The notes below the pieces were generated by a model. It was not told the origin of the DNA and made no database searches. It saw only the letters and a list, made by a program, of their open reading frames with translations. This document shows positions 1-9,094 of a stretch of 34,302 bases of DNA, one piece after another. Position numbers and translations under genes: made by a program. Position 1 is the stretch's first letter. Every line of letters starts with the position of its first letter. Source of the stretch: a virus (Duplodnaviria > Caudoviricetes); IMG/VR virus record IMGVR_UViG_3300012347_000071, positions 1 through 34,302 of that record; one strand, 5' to 3'.

Positions 1-55
1 CCTTCGGCGACGAGCCTGATAAGGTCTTCAACAGTCTGTCCGTCAAGTTCGGCTC
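1..55. repeat. Terminal direct repeat (circular assembly overlap), copy 1
   Basis: Identical to 34248-34302; a reading frame continues across the join. Confidence 0.97.
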
Positions 56-190
56 TCTCTTTACCATCGTTGCTGGTAGTGGTGGAACATCCACTCTTGG
101 AGGCGATGGGGATGAACAGCCTTGGGCGACTAGCAATAATGCCAGACAGCTTAGTTTCAAACTCTTGCTTAACGGTTGCATCTTTTTCAT
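1..190 (-). CDS. Rz1: Rz1-like outer-membrane lipoprotein spanin embedded in Rz, 5' part (ends 34195; 80 aa)
   Basis: Alternative frame MKKMQPLSKSLKLSCLALLLVAQGC-SSPSPPRVDVPPLP: signal peptide, lipobox-like Cys, Pro-rich mature part; fully nested in Rz. Confidence 0.75.
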   Translation of the reverse strand, partial: MKKMQPLSKSLKLSCLALLLVAQGCSSPSPPRVDVPPLPATMVKREPNLTDRLLKTLSGSSPK

Positions 191-347
191 CTTGTTCATC
201 CTTCTGTTTGTTCATCACACCATTGAGCCTTGCAATCTCCAAGGCATCTTCAGTTTCTTTCTGTGCATACCCCTCATGGTGTCCATAAAAGTACGCACTG
301 ACAGCCAAAGCAATGGCCCCAAGAATCATCCAAGGGTTCGGCATCAT
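1..347 (-). CDS. Rz: Rz-like inner-membrane spanin, 5' part (continues across the join to 34169; 141 aa)
   Basis: ATG at 347 overlaps upstream TGA; MMPNPWMILGAIALAVSAYFYG N-terminal TM, coiled coil, C-terminal AELD..LIRLVAEGDRAIIELNSC; directly upstream of endolysin; missing from ORF track because it is split. Confidence 0.85.
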   Translation of the reverse strand, partial: MMPNPWMILGAIALAVSAYFYGHHEGYAQKETEDALEIARLNGVMNKQKDEQDEKDATVKQEFETKLSGIIASRPRLFIPIASKSGCSTTTSNDGKERAELDGQTVEDLIRLVAE

Positions 348-850
348 TTCTGTTCAGCCCTGGCAAGCGCTAAATGCTCACGTTCTTCCTCAGACTCCAA
401 GTGGTTTGGTGGAGTTGTTGGAGGTGGAGGTGGTGTCCATGACTCATCAAGCTCTGGATTCTTGTAACCCATGAAGTTCCAATCTGGTGTTGCAGATTGA
501 GCAGGAGCAGGTGCAACTGGAGCAGGTGATGTTGGTGTCAAGATTGGAGCAACCTTGTTGGCAATCATCTCAGCACCCTTCTTGGCAACACGCATACCAA
601 TCAGCGTAGTGATTGAGCCTGTCATCAGAAGCACGATGTCGTTCAACATCTTGGTGTAGGCCATGTCGATTGGAGCCATTGTCTTCAATGGTTGCTGCAC
701 AAATGTAACTGAGTACAGCATGGTGAACACCAATCCACCAAAGACAAGCATAACCATACAGACCACAAAGGCCCATACCATTACCTCACAAAAGGCAATG
801 AGTTCTTCAGTTGTTTGGAACAGCGCTCGCGGTGGATTGAGTAGGTTCAA
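344..850 (-). CDS. Two-TM membrane protein, holin candidate, Pro-rich C-terminus
   Basis: TTG start with GGAG SD; two hydrophobic segments; lies in the lysis cassette. Confidence 0.6.
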   Translation of the reverse strand: MNLLNPPRALFQTTEELIAFCEVMVWAFVVCMVMLVFGGLVFTMLYSVTFVQQPLKTMAPIDMAYTKMLNDIVLLMTGSITTLIGMRVAKKGAEMIANKVAPILTPTSPAPVAPAPAQSATPDWNFMGYKNPELDESWTPPPPPTTPPNHLESEEEREHLALARAEQK

Positions 851-1028
851 TTTTCTTCTCCAAGATTGGGGCTACAAGATATTCAGGACAGTCCTGAGTG
901 AATTGGCAGTCAGGCTTTTGACAACGCTTGGCTGTGAAGTTCTGTGGGTCTTGGCAAAAGTACCTGTATCTATCTTCACAAGCAGCAAGGCTACTCAGAA
1001 TCAACAGGGTCAAGGCGAGTCTTTTCAC
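807..1028 (-). CDS. Small Cys-rich lipoprotein (73 aa)
   Basis: GTG start; MKRLALTLLILSSLAAC canonical LAAC lipobox; four more Cys in the mature part. Confidence 0.8.
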   Translation of the reverse strand: MKRLALTLLILSSLAACEDRYRYFCQDPQNFTAKRCQKPDCQFTQDCPEYLVAPILEKKIEPTQSTASAVPNN

Positions 1029-1173
1029 GTTTCTTTTCCTTTTCTTCCATACGCAACACAAGCGCATCCAGCTTCTTGATCTTCTTGTCTTGATGAACAA
1101 TCAAAAATGACAGCAACATCAAGCCAAAGATTATCAAAGATACGATCACAACCCAAAAACGAAATTCATTCAT
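991..1173 (-). CDS. Small protein with N-terminal TM and charged coiled-coil tail (60 aa)
   Basis: ATG at 1173 coupled to upstream stop (ATGA); MNEFRFWVVIVSLIIFGLMLLSFLIV. Confidence 0.7.
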   Translation of the reverse strand: MNEFRFWVVIVSLIIFGLMLLSFLIVHQDKKIKKLDALVLRMEEKEKKREKTRLDPVDSE

Positions 1174-1901
1174 AGAGCGGAATACAGTCCAATCAGTTCC
1201 AGCATTCCCACCACTAGGGCTATTGCGTACACCAGCTTTGCTGTCAGGATTTCCTTTCGGTGTTCTTGTCGCCATGCGTTATCTCGTTCTTTCTTGAGCT
1301 TTAACTCACGCGCAACTTCCTGTTCTTCAAGAATCTCATCGTACTTTTCAAGGAACTCTTGGTACATTGAACCAAGCCCAAGCTCTTGTGGAGTTCCATA
1401 GATCATTGATTGCTTGAGTTGTTTGTTCAACTCTTTCATCTGCCACTGCATCTCAATACGATCAATCGCACTATCGGCAACCTTCTCTGTTGTCAGAGCT
1501 TCTTCTTCAAGTTCTCGGCAGTGCGCTTTCAAATGTCGGATGGCCTCAAAGTACACCTTCAGGTTCTCACAGATTTCATGCACCGCTCTGGCTTGGAACT
1601 CCTCATAACTTAACTCTGGCTCTGGTTCGGCTTTTGATTTTTTCGTGGATGGCTTGGTTGGTTCGGTGGTGGCAGGAAGTATTGGCGCAGACGGCTTCTT
1701 AGGCGCTGCACCAAAGAGTCCTTGTATCCATCCCCAGATGCCAGTGACTTCTTTGAAGATGGCTTTAGCGTCAGCCACGCCACCTTCAACCTGCTTCTTA
1801 AATTTTCCAATTTCAGCTTTGCCTTCTGACAGCATTTGACAGCCAGCGCGGATAGCACTGACTGCACTTTGCGCCATAAGAAGGAGGCTGATTGGGTCCA
1901 C
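1170..1901 (-). CDS. Coiled-coil protein with C-terminal TM, lysis-region hypothetical
   Basis: 243-aa ORF, helical charged middle, hydrophobic C-terminus. Confidence 0.75.
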   Translation of the reverse strand: MDPISLLLMAQSAVSAIRAGCQMLSEGKAEIGKFKKQVEGGVADAKAIFKEVTGIWGWIQGLFGAAPKKPSAPILPATTEPTKPSTKKSKAEPEPELSYEEFQARAVHEICENLKVYFEAIRHLKAHCRELEEEALTTEKVADSAIDRIEMQWQMKELNKQLKQSMIYGTPQELGLGSMYQEFLEKYDEILEEQEVARELKLKKERDNAWRQEHRKEILTAKLVYAIALVVGMLELIGLYSAL

Positions 1902-1902
1902 A

Positions 1903-2109
1903 TCACAGGCCGATCAGCTTCTTGAAGAACTCAGCAGCAGCACCTGGACCAAGCAACACTGCGGCAAGCACTGCCCAAATGTAATACTCTATCTTGGTCA
2001 TGCGCCTTTCGCCCTTGTCCAAAGACTCGGTGATTGTCTGATAGCGTTGAGCGCAAACAGCTTCATGTGTCATAAGCTTTGCCTCTGTCATTGTCACGGT
2101 ATCAGACAT
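1903..2109 (-). CDS. XhlA-like / holin-accessory small membrane protein
   Basis: THEAVCAQRY, short coiled coil, C-terminal TM; GGAG SD. Confidence 0.6.
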   Translation of the reverse strand: MSDTVTMTEAKLMTHEAVCAQRYQTITESLDKGERRMTKIEYYIWAVLAAVLLGPGAAAEFFKKLIGL

Positions 2110-2112
2110 TTA

Positions 2113-2280
2113 TTACTCCGTTTCTTCTGGTGTAAATTCTTCAACAGTCATTTCTTTGTTTACGTCAATAACAATAAACGTGCTGTCATTTAAATGCCAG
2201 CCAGGATTAACAGGGTTGTACTCAATTGGCGCATTGCTACGCCCTTGTTCAATACCATTTTTATCAACTAGTTTGTACAT
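2113..2280 (-). CDS. Small hypothetical protein (55 aa), possible tail-fibre accessory
   Basis: AGGA SD, MYKLVDKNGIEQGRS...EETE; fills the gap; below ORF-track cutoff. Confidence 0.65.
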   Translation of the reverse strand: MYKLVDKNGIEQGRSNAPIEYNPVNPGWHLNDSTFIVIDVNKEMTVEEFTPEETE

Positions 2281-2290
2281 AATTTTTCCT

Positions 2291-3949
2291 TTAGACTAAA
2301 CCGTTCAGGTAAACTGACTGCTGTGTAACAACACCTTTATTTGCAGGCACAGTGGTTGCCAAGTTGTTAAAAGAAATTAGCGGTCCATTTTGCTGCGATG
2401 TAGGCAAATCATATGCACCTGTAACAGCAACATATCCACTCGACCCATTTGAGAAAGTTGTTGTTGAAACGCCATAAATACCTGAGCGAAGCATGTAAGT
2501 TATATGGGTTTGCGGGTTTTGATCTACTGTAGCATTAGTGAAAATTTGCCAAGTTCCATCTTTTACAACAACAGCCGCCCTACATCCTGTATTTCCTTGA
2601 CTCGATGCCGTATAAATTGATGTGGTAATTGCGCTTTTGGCAGAAAAATTCAAATAAGAAGCATACGTAAATGTCTGACTACTGTTATCAAATGCAGAGT
2701 TTTGTGCTAAGAACAAACCTTCTCCAAGATAAACAATACGCATAGACGATGATCCTGGGTCATTTGAAAAGTTCACTTGACTTGGACAGCTCATGCCAGA
2801 TATGAAGGCTAAAGGTGTTACTGGAACGCCAGAAGAAGTATATGTGCCATAAGCACAAGTACTACTGTATGCAACAACCTGCACAAGACCATCTCCAGTA
2901 GTGATTGCAATATTACTGCTAGACATAGCATTGCTAATAAACAAACCGTTTGTGTATGTTCGTGCTGTTATCAACGTATTTGTTGAGCTAATAAAATACA
3001 AACCCCAATAGCCAGAGGATGCAGTATCAGAAGACAGCACAGTAACACTGTTGTCAGCATTTGCTACAGCAAGCAGTCGAGCTTGCTGCGATTGCCATAG
3101 GCTTGATGTCGTGCTGATTCGCAATGGAGAGCCAACTGCTGTACCTGTTGATGTAGCTCTAACAATATATGTATCAAAAGAATCTTGTGCAACAGAAAAT
3201 ACATCACCGTTTGGAGCTTGCCATACGCCAAAAATATACCAAGTTGCTGTAGCAATAAAAGAAATAGTAGTGCCTTGTTGAGTTCCAGACGTATTAAAAA
3301 TACTCAATGAAAGACCAGCAGACGAGCTTTTATTATAGAAAACTGCAATATTTCCGTTTGACATGACAGTGGCCTGCCAGTTGTAGTTGCCAGCAGAATA
3401 TGTGCTGCTTAACAACGCGGTTTGACCTAACACAGCAACGCCGTCATTAGTAAATGTCTGCATGTACAGTGTAGACGATACCGCATAAATTACTGCAAAA
3501 CCTCCAGCAGATAGTGCGTAAACACCATACGTAGGAATAGTTACACCTGCCGTGCTAGGAAGAATAAGTCTTGAAATAGCGCTTCCAGCGGGTGTAGTAA
3601 TGGTGAAATTCAAAGCAATGGTGGTGCTTCCAGCAGATTGAGAACCACCATAAATTGAAACAGTATTTCCATTACTCAGCAAGACGGCGGCAGGTTGCCA
3701 CCCTGAATATTTAAAATTACCAGCAGTACTGCCTGAATGCTGCATAGCCACTCCAGATGCAATAGTCTTGCCGCCTGAAGTATTATTGTTCTCGTATTGA
3801 TTGTAAGGAGCCAAAGAAGAATATGAATGCGCTCCTCCAACCTCAGTCAAAACAACAGTATCTCCTGTATTGATAGTTCCGTATTCACATTTTACTTTAA
3901 CAAGGTTTGGTGTGATGCCGCCATTTGGTGTGCTTACTGTACGTGACAT
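2291..3949 (-). CDS. Putative receptor-binding tail protein, beta-propeller-like
   Basis: 552 aa Ser/Thr/Gly-rich beta protein with recurring LSNGN/LSAGG/MSNGN/APNGD turns; downstream of tail fibre; AT-richer than neighbours. Confidence 0.65.
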   Translation of the reverse strand: MSRTVSTPNGGITPNLVKVKCEYGTINTGDTVVLTEVGGAHSYSSLAPYNQYENNNTSGGKTIASGVAMQHSGSTAGNFKYSGWQPAAVLLSNGNTVSIYGGSQSAGSTTIALNFTITTPAGSAISRLILPSTAGVTIPTYGVYALSAGGFAVIYAVSSTLYMQTFTNDGVAVLGQTALLSSTYSAGNYNWQATVMSNGNIAVFYNKSSSAGLSLSIFNTSGTQQGTTISFIATATWYIFGVWQAPNGDVFSVAQDSFDTYIVRATSTGTAVGSPLRISTTSSLWQSQQARLLAVANADNSVTVLSSDTASSGYWGLYFISSTNTLITARTYTNGLFISNAMSSSNIAITTGDGLVQVVAYSSTCAYGTYTSSGVPVTPLAFISGMSCPSQVNFSNDPGSSSMRIVYLGEGLFLAQNSAFDNSSQTFTYASYLNFSAKSAITTSIYTASSQGNTGCRAAVVVKDGTWQIFTNATVDQNPQTHITYMLRSGIYGVSTTTFSNGSSGYVAVTGAYDLPTSQQNGPLISFNNLATTVPANKGVVTQQSVYLNGLV

Positions 3950-3955
3950 ATTATA

Positions 3956-4267
3956 TTACTCCTCATATCCAAAAATAGTTACACTCACTGCTGCTGTATT
4001 TGCATACACAACAATATTCTTTGCTGCTTGTGCAACAATGCCGCCACGCTCTAAAACACCGTTTTGAGGAATAGTTGCATCGTATTCAAGATACTCAGAA
4101 ATACTTGGAGTTCCAGAAGCCGCTACAGCAAGCCTTACTGAAATTGGTGTTACGCTTGTATTACAGATACTCACAGTGAGAGTACTTACTTTACCGCTAG
4201 GAACGGTATATACCGTAGTGTTTGTTGTTGCGGCAGGATTTGACTGCCCCAAAATTCCAGTAGCCAT
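3956..4267 (-). CDS. Small virion/tail-associated protein
   Basis: 103 aa beta-rich (TTVYTVPSG..VSICN..IFGYEE), in tail module, GGAG SD. Confidence 0.65.
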   Translation of the reverse strand: MATGILGQSNPAATTNTTVYTVPSGKVSTLTVSICNTSVTPISVRLAVAASGTPSISEYLEYDATIPQNGVLERGGIVAQAAKNIVVYANTAAVSVTIFGYEE

Positions 4268-4278
4268 GTTAGGACTCC

Positions 4279-5427
4279 TTAGTTAAAACTTGAAAAGAAA
4301 AATGCTTTGCCAGTTGTTACACCAGCAGTACCAAATGAGATGTTTCCAGCGCCATCTGTAACCAATGCTTGACGCGCAACGCCATCAGTAGTTGGCAAAG
4401 CAAATGCCGTAACAAAAGCTGTCAGGTTTGAATCAAAAGCTTGAACTGTTGAGCCAATATCTCCACTTGAAAGATAACCAGTTGCTGGAATGTAAGCGGT
4501 AGCCCATGTGCCACTTGATGTTCTAACTCGCATCTCATTGGCTGTGCTGTTGAAATATAGCGCACCAGTAATTAACGCATTTCCATCATTGTCAACAGAC
4601 GGGTCACTTGCTTTTGCACCTAAGTATTGCTCTGCAAATTCAGCAACAATGGCAGCGGAAGCAGCAGTTGTTGTTGCATCAGTATCAGCAGAAGATGCAG
4701 AAGCAGCAGCAGCAGATTCGCTTGCAGCGGCAGCAGCCTCACTCGCAGCAGCAGCAGAAGCACTTGCAGTAGCAGAAGCAGCATCGACAAGCAAATACCA
4801 TTTTGCAGAGTCTGTGTTTGTGCTAATTGGTGTAGTGCCAGTAGATGTATGAGAAGTCTTGCACTGATAAATATTGCTGTTGCTACTATCTTTTACTAAG
4901 TCGCGCTCAAGATATGCTGTAGCAGAAGCCCAATTACCACGGTTATTACCAATTGAATCTGAAGCAACTGGATTACCATCAGAGTTAAATGACAATAGTT
5001 TTCCAGCACGATCTGCCTTGCGAGGCAAAGTCATGTTAATGCTTGTCGGGTCAGTCTGTGGAGCCTTCAACGCACGGTCAACAGCTTCAGCGTTTTGCTG
5101 TGCAAAGATGGTCTGTTGGTCCATCTCATCGTTTACAGTGTTAGCAAAGAAATCGCCACCAGTAACGAAGTCTGTTGTACGCTGGATGGTACGGTTGCCA
5201 ACAATAGCAATCTGAGTTGCACCAGTTGGTGATGCAGTCAAAGTGATTGAACCTGTGCCGTTGCTATTTATTGTTACCGTGTAATCGGTAGTCAATGTAA
5301 GCAGCGTGTCATCCTTGTAAACAGCGATGTCGGTGTTTGCAAGAATCTCAAAGGTGAATGAATACGGGCCAGTACCACTGGCTGTATAAACCACCCTACG
5401 AGTTACGTTTGAAATTGGTACGCCCAT
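4279..5427 (-). CDS. Tail fibre protein (T7 gp17-like N-terminal adaptor)
   Basis: N-terminal YSFTFEI..TDYTV..IQRTTDF..NDEMD pattern, Ala-rich linker, GALYFNS motif. Confidence 0.85.
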   Translation of the reverse strand: MGVPISNVTRRVVYTASGTGPYSFTFEILANTDIAVYKDDTLLTLTTDYTVTINSNGTGSITLTASPTGATQIAIVGNRTIQRTTDFVTGGDFFANTVNDEMDQQTIFAQQNAEAVDRALKAPQTDPTSINMTLPRKADRAGKLLSFNSDGNPVASDSIGNNRGNWASATAYLERDLVKDSSNSNIYQCKTSHTSTGTTPISTNTDSAKWYLLVDAASATASASAAAASEAAAAASESAAAASASSADTDATTTAASAAIVAEFAEQYLGAKASDPSVDNDGNALITGALYFNSTANEMRVRTSSGTWATAYIPATGYLSSGDIGSTVQAFDSNLTAFVTAFALPTTDGVARQALVTDGAGNISFGTAGVTTGKAFFFSSFN

Positions 5428-5445
5428 GATTTCTTCCTTTGCGTG

Positions 5446-5474
5446 ATTTTATGTGGTATTTGTCAATCTTCCAA
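5446..5474 (-). promoter_or_regulatory. Candidate sigma70 promoter for tail-fibre/lysis genes
   Basis: TTGGAA-N17-TAAAAT upstream of ATG 5427. Confidence 0.4.
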
Positions 5475-8400
5475 ATTAAAAGCAGGCTCACGTTTTTGCT
5501 GCTGATACTTGCGAATTGATAGTTGATGGTTCTTTTCGATCTGCATTGTCAAGTCAGGATATTTCGCTGCAAAAGCAGGATTCTTAATAGCCGCATCCTT
5601 GAACTCAGATTGAATCTCAGACAGTTTTGCTTTAATACCTTCGTATGCTCCAGCCGCCATTTGATTGGTATACATAGGGTCAACCAAAGCCTTGCCTACA
5701 GCACCTTTGAATGACACGCCATCTACAGCAACGCTGTTCATCATCATCAACATGTCTGAATACTCGTTGTCATTCATACGCACATTGGAGATGGAGCGAT
5801 CTGGCTTGCTGATTGGCATACCCTGACGCGCCTTGGCAATGTCAAGCAGCTTAGACTCAACAGGGTCAAGGTCTTGCACAGTCTTGTTAAATGGCAGAAT
5901 CCAGTTGAGCGAGTTGTTGTCACCAGTTTTGATTTCCTCACCCCACATATTGCGAGATGGAGCAATCTTGTCTGAGCCAAGTGGGGTCTTTGCCAGCCAG
6001 CTTTTGAATGCAAAATCAAAGTAGCGATGTTCAGGAGACAGGCTTTGGTCAACCGTAACTTCACGCTTTGTTGGGTCAATGGTGTTCTCAATCTGACGGA
6101 ACAGAGCGCCAGCAGGCATTGGAATTGGCGTTACACCACCAACCATGTTGGTTGCAATGCTGCCAAAGAATTGAGTAGCAGCAGAGTTTGCAGCTTCACC
6201 CTTGGGGTCACGCTTAACTTGCTCAACCATTGAGACAAACTTTGACATTGACGACATAAATGGCAGTTCACCAATGTATTTCACTGGCATAAGCGCAGAG
6301 TACAACAGCAGATCATGCCACTCATCATCATCTTCTTTGCCATAAACAGAGCCAATTTCAGCTAATGTTGAGGCAACACCAAGCATTCCACCAATAGGCT
6401 CAAGGCCAGCATAGCTATGGTATGTATCACCAACTTTCACCGAGAATGGTTGCCATCCAGTAGATTCACGCAAGAACTTACGACGCTCTGGGTCAGCAGG
6501 ACCAGCACCAGTGATAGTGCCATCCATTGCCATTGTGTAGCCAAGGCCCATGAATGAAGCACCCATGCTGGCTTTGCCCATTGCCATCTGACGACGAGCG
6601 CCACCAGCAGCATAGTCTTCACGGATTTCCTTCAATGCCAACTGCATCACAGGTGTACGGGCAACCATCTCTTTTTGAGCGTTGATAACTGTCTTCACGA
6701 ATGGGGCAAGAACAGTGCCAACTGGACCCATATCATTGCGAAGTTTGTTCAATGCCTGACCAAAGCTACCCAAGTCTGATTGCAAAGTACCTTGCATAAC
6801 AGCCTGGTCAATGCGGTCAATATTTCGTGCGTCAGGTGCAGCAATCTGCATTGCCATACCGTCAAGTGCTTTCTCTGAATCAACACCATTCTGGATTGAC
6901 AGCAAAGCATCACGCGCAGCCAGCTTACGAGTTTCCATCTGAGCCAGCATAGCCTTTGACATCTCATCAACAGACTGCATTGCACGGAATGGCAGACGCA
7001 CAGCTTTGCCAATGAAGTCAACAGCCATTGCCGTTGGGCTTTCAGGGTCGGCAAACAGCTTGGCAGAGATGGCAGGGTCTGGAACTTTATCAACGTCACG
7101 ACCAACTTTATAGATTGGTGCGTCAGTCACAAATGACTCAAGGCCAGCCTTTAATCCATTTGGCAGGCTATGGAAGAATGTTGCCAACTCGACAACAGCT
7201 TCAGTTGCAAACACTTCATCAGCGCTTTTGCTACCAAATAATGGGGTAACAACACCTTTATCAAGTGCGCGACCAACAGTAGAAGCAAATGTAGTGTCAA
7301 CAGATCGGGCCAAAGACAGAACCATGTTGCCAAAGAATGCACGTTCAGTGGTTGCTGGCGCGTACATCAAGCTGGACAGATACATCTCTTTCCAGACTTT
7401 GCCAATCTGCTGCGTAGTGCTACCAGCCATCTCAACAAAGCGAGATTGCTGGTCAAGTGTAAGAGTGCTGTAAGCGTTAGCCAAGTTCTTCAAGTTGCCG
7501 CGACCACCCATCTCATTCAGCAGCGCGTTAATCTGATTCACATCTGTCAGGCCAGCACTGCCATCAACAGGCAAGCGGAACGAGCGCAAGGCACGGGCTG
7601 TCTCAGTCTGAGCAGCCTTCAGCTTCATCTGAATAGCAGAGTGAGTAGCCAAGTGGTTACGGAAGTCAAGCAACAGCTTGTCGTCTTCTGTACCAACTGG
7701 CATTTCCTTGATTCTCTTGGTCAAGTCATCCAAGTGAGTAGCAGACTTAACTAGCAAGTGACGACCAGCAAGCAACTGCTCTGCATTCATTGTCTCGCCA
7801 ACCTTCATTTTCAGCAGGTCTGGAGCAATGTTCAAGCGAGTAGCCATGTCATTCAATGCTTCATCCGATACAACACCGCGCTTGGCAACGTCAGTCTCAG
7901 CCGACATCATCTTGCTGGTTGCATCAATGATTTTGTCAATGTCTGTTGGGTCTTGAATCTTGGTGAAGTTGAAGTCGATGCCAACTGCTGGCGCTTCAAC
8001 ACCATTCAGGAATGTGTCAGCCTGCTCTGGTGTGGCAGTCTTGATAATGCCAAGCAATTCTTCTTCAGTAGGTGGAGCAACCTCAACAACTTCATCTGCC
8101 TTTGTGATGGCAGTCTGCATCTCGTCAGCAGTAGCTGGAACAACTGGTTGTTCAGCAACAGGCTCACCCTTCTTGCGCTTTGGTTTAAACGCCTTCTCAA
8201 TGGCCTGAACAGCGCCAGGCACTGTCTGCTTCTCCGACTTGATTGCAGCGTCTTGTACGGTCTTCTGAGCAGCCAGAGCAGCAGTGTCATCCATAGCACC
8301 ATCTGCCATCTTGGATGGAGCAGTGATTGCCTTCTTGATTACCTTTGCTGTGCTTCCCAAAGCCTCAAGAGCAGAGCCAAGTCCAGCGACCATCACACCT

Positions 8401-8513
8401 TCTGGTTGTGGCTGTTCCATTGGATTAGCCATATCAACCTGTTTAGGTTCATCAGTAGGCACATCCTTTGGAAGCAAGCTATCAAGACGTTGGTCAAGTG
8501 GTTGAATCGCCAT
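5463..8513 (-). CDS. Large internal virion (ejection) protein, T7 gp16-like position
   Basis: 1016 aa, helical; C-terminal GWQPFSVKVGDTYHSYAGLEPIG segment typical of podoviral ejection proteins; synteny. Confidence 0.75.
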   Translation of the reverse strand: MAIQPLDQRLDSLLPKDVPTDEPKQVDMANPMEQPQPEGVMVAGLGSALEALGSTAKVIKKAITAPSKMADGAMDDTAALAAQKTVQDAAIKSEKQTVPGAVQAIEKAFKPKRKKGEPVAEQPVVPATADEMQTAITKADEVVEVAPPTEEELLGIIKTATPEQADTFLNGVEAPAVGIDFNFTKIQDPTDIDKIIDATSKMMSAETDVAKRGVVSDEALNDMATRLNIAPDLLKMKVGETMNAEQLLAGRHLLVKSATHLDDLTKRIKEMPVGTEDDKLLLDFRNHLATHSAIQMKLKAAQTETARALRSFRLPVDGSAGLTDVNQINALLNEMGGRGNLKNLANAYSTLTLDQQSRFVEMAGSTTQQIGKVWKEMYLSSLMYAPATTERAFFGNMVLSLARSVDTTFASTVGRALDKGVVTPLFGSKSADEVFATEAVVELATFFHSLPNGLKAGLESFVTDAPIYKVGRDVDKVPDPAISAKLFADPESPTAMAVDFIGKAVRLPFRAMQSVDEMSKAMLAQMETRKLAARDALLSIQNGVDSEKALDGMAMQIAAPDARNIDRIDQAVMQGTLQSDLGSFGQALNKLRNDMGPVGTVLAPFVKTVINAQKEMVARTPVMQLALKEIREDYAAGGARRQMAMGKASMGASFMGLGYTMAMDGTITGAGPADPERRKFLRESTGWQPFSVKVGDTYHSYAGLEPIGGMLGVASTLAEIGSVYGKEDDDEWHDLLLYSALMPVKYIGELPFMSSMSKFVSMVEQVKRDPKGEAANSAATQFFGSIATNMVGGVTPIPMPAGALFRQIENTIDPTKREVTVDQSLSPEHRYFDFAFKSWLAKTPLGSDKIAPSRNMWGEEIKTGDNNSLNWILPFNKTVQDLDPVESKLLDIAKARQGMPISKPDRSISNVRMNDNEYSDMLMMMNSVAVDGVSFKGAVGKALVDPMYTNQMAAGAYEGIKAKLSEIQSEFKDAAIKNPAFAAKYPDLTMQIEKNHQLSIRKYQQQKREPAFNLED

Positions 8514-9094
8514 TATTTATTCTCCGAAGCTGGTTGTTGTTCGCCTGCTGAAGTTGCGGCAGTGCCAGCAGTTGCAGCAGCAGTGGCTTTCTTGGCCTTC
8601 ACTAGAGTTTTTGCACCTTTGACATAGCCACCAGGCGCTGCCAATTCAGTGATTTTCTCAATTGGATGTGTGCCATCGCCAATCATTCCAACATTATCGT
8701 CTAACCACTTTTTGACTTCTTCAGTTGTTGGCATGGTTTTGAAGCCCATCATATTCAGGATGTCGCCAGGTGCGCCCAAGAAACCTTGAACTGGACCCTT
8801 GACTCCAGCCGCCAGTGTGTCAGCCAACCCCATAGCAGCCTCAGACATTGGCGCATCAGTACGACCAGCACCAGCACCACTGCCACCCATAGCCAACATA
8901 ACTGGTCTGCCAACTGGAACAGACTCACCATGAGGTGCGTTGTAATACACAACATCACCATCGTCAGTCATCTCAGTGGTGAACTCTGGGTCGCCAGACT
9001 TTGCACGTTCCATCAATCCTTCACGCACACCAGGTGCTGACATGAAGTAATCATGGTTGTAGATGTCTTCAATTGTTGGGCGTTTGGTAATCAT
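8513..9094 (-). CDS. Putative internal virion protein
   Basis: 193 aa, translationally coupled on both sides within the ejectosome cluster. Confidence 0.6.
   Translation of the reverse strand: MITKRPTIEDIYNHDYFMSAPGVREGLMERAKSGDPEFTTEMTDDGDVVYYNAPHGESVPVGRPVMLAMGGSGAGAGRTDAPMSEAAMGLADTLAAGVKGPVQGFLGAPGDILNMMGFKTMPTTEEVKKWLDDNVGMIGDGTHPIEKITELAAPGGYVKGAKTLVKAKKATAAATAGTAATSAGEQQPASENK

Noticed and set aside
1-55. 55-bp terminal repeat as a biological DTR
   Set aside because: It falls inside Rz and has a typical assembler k-mer length; treated as circular overlap
4650-4785. GCAGCAGAA-type tandem repeats
   Set aside because: Explained by the Ala/Ser-rich linker of the tail fibre; not CRISPR
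2291-5427. Diversity-generating retroelement (BPP-1-like virion suggests looking)
   Set aside because: No reverse transcriptase ORF and no TR/VR repeat pair seen
7758-8627. 289-aa plus-strand ORF (also 13456-14148, 14710-15198, 22342-22806)
   Set aside because: Antisense shadows of well-supported minus-strand virion genes; no recognisable motifs
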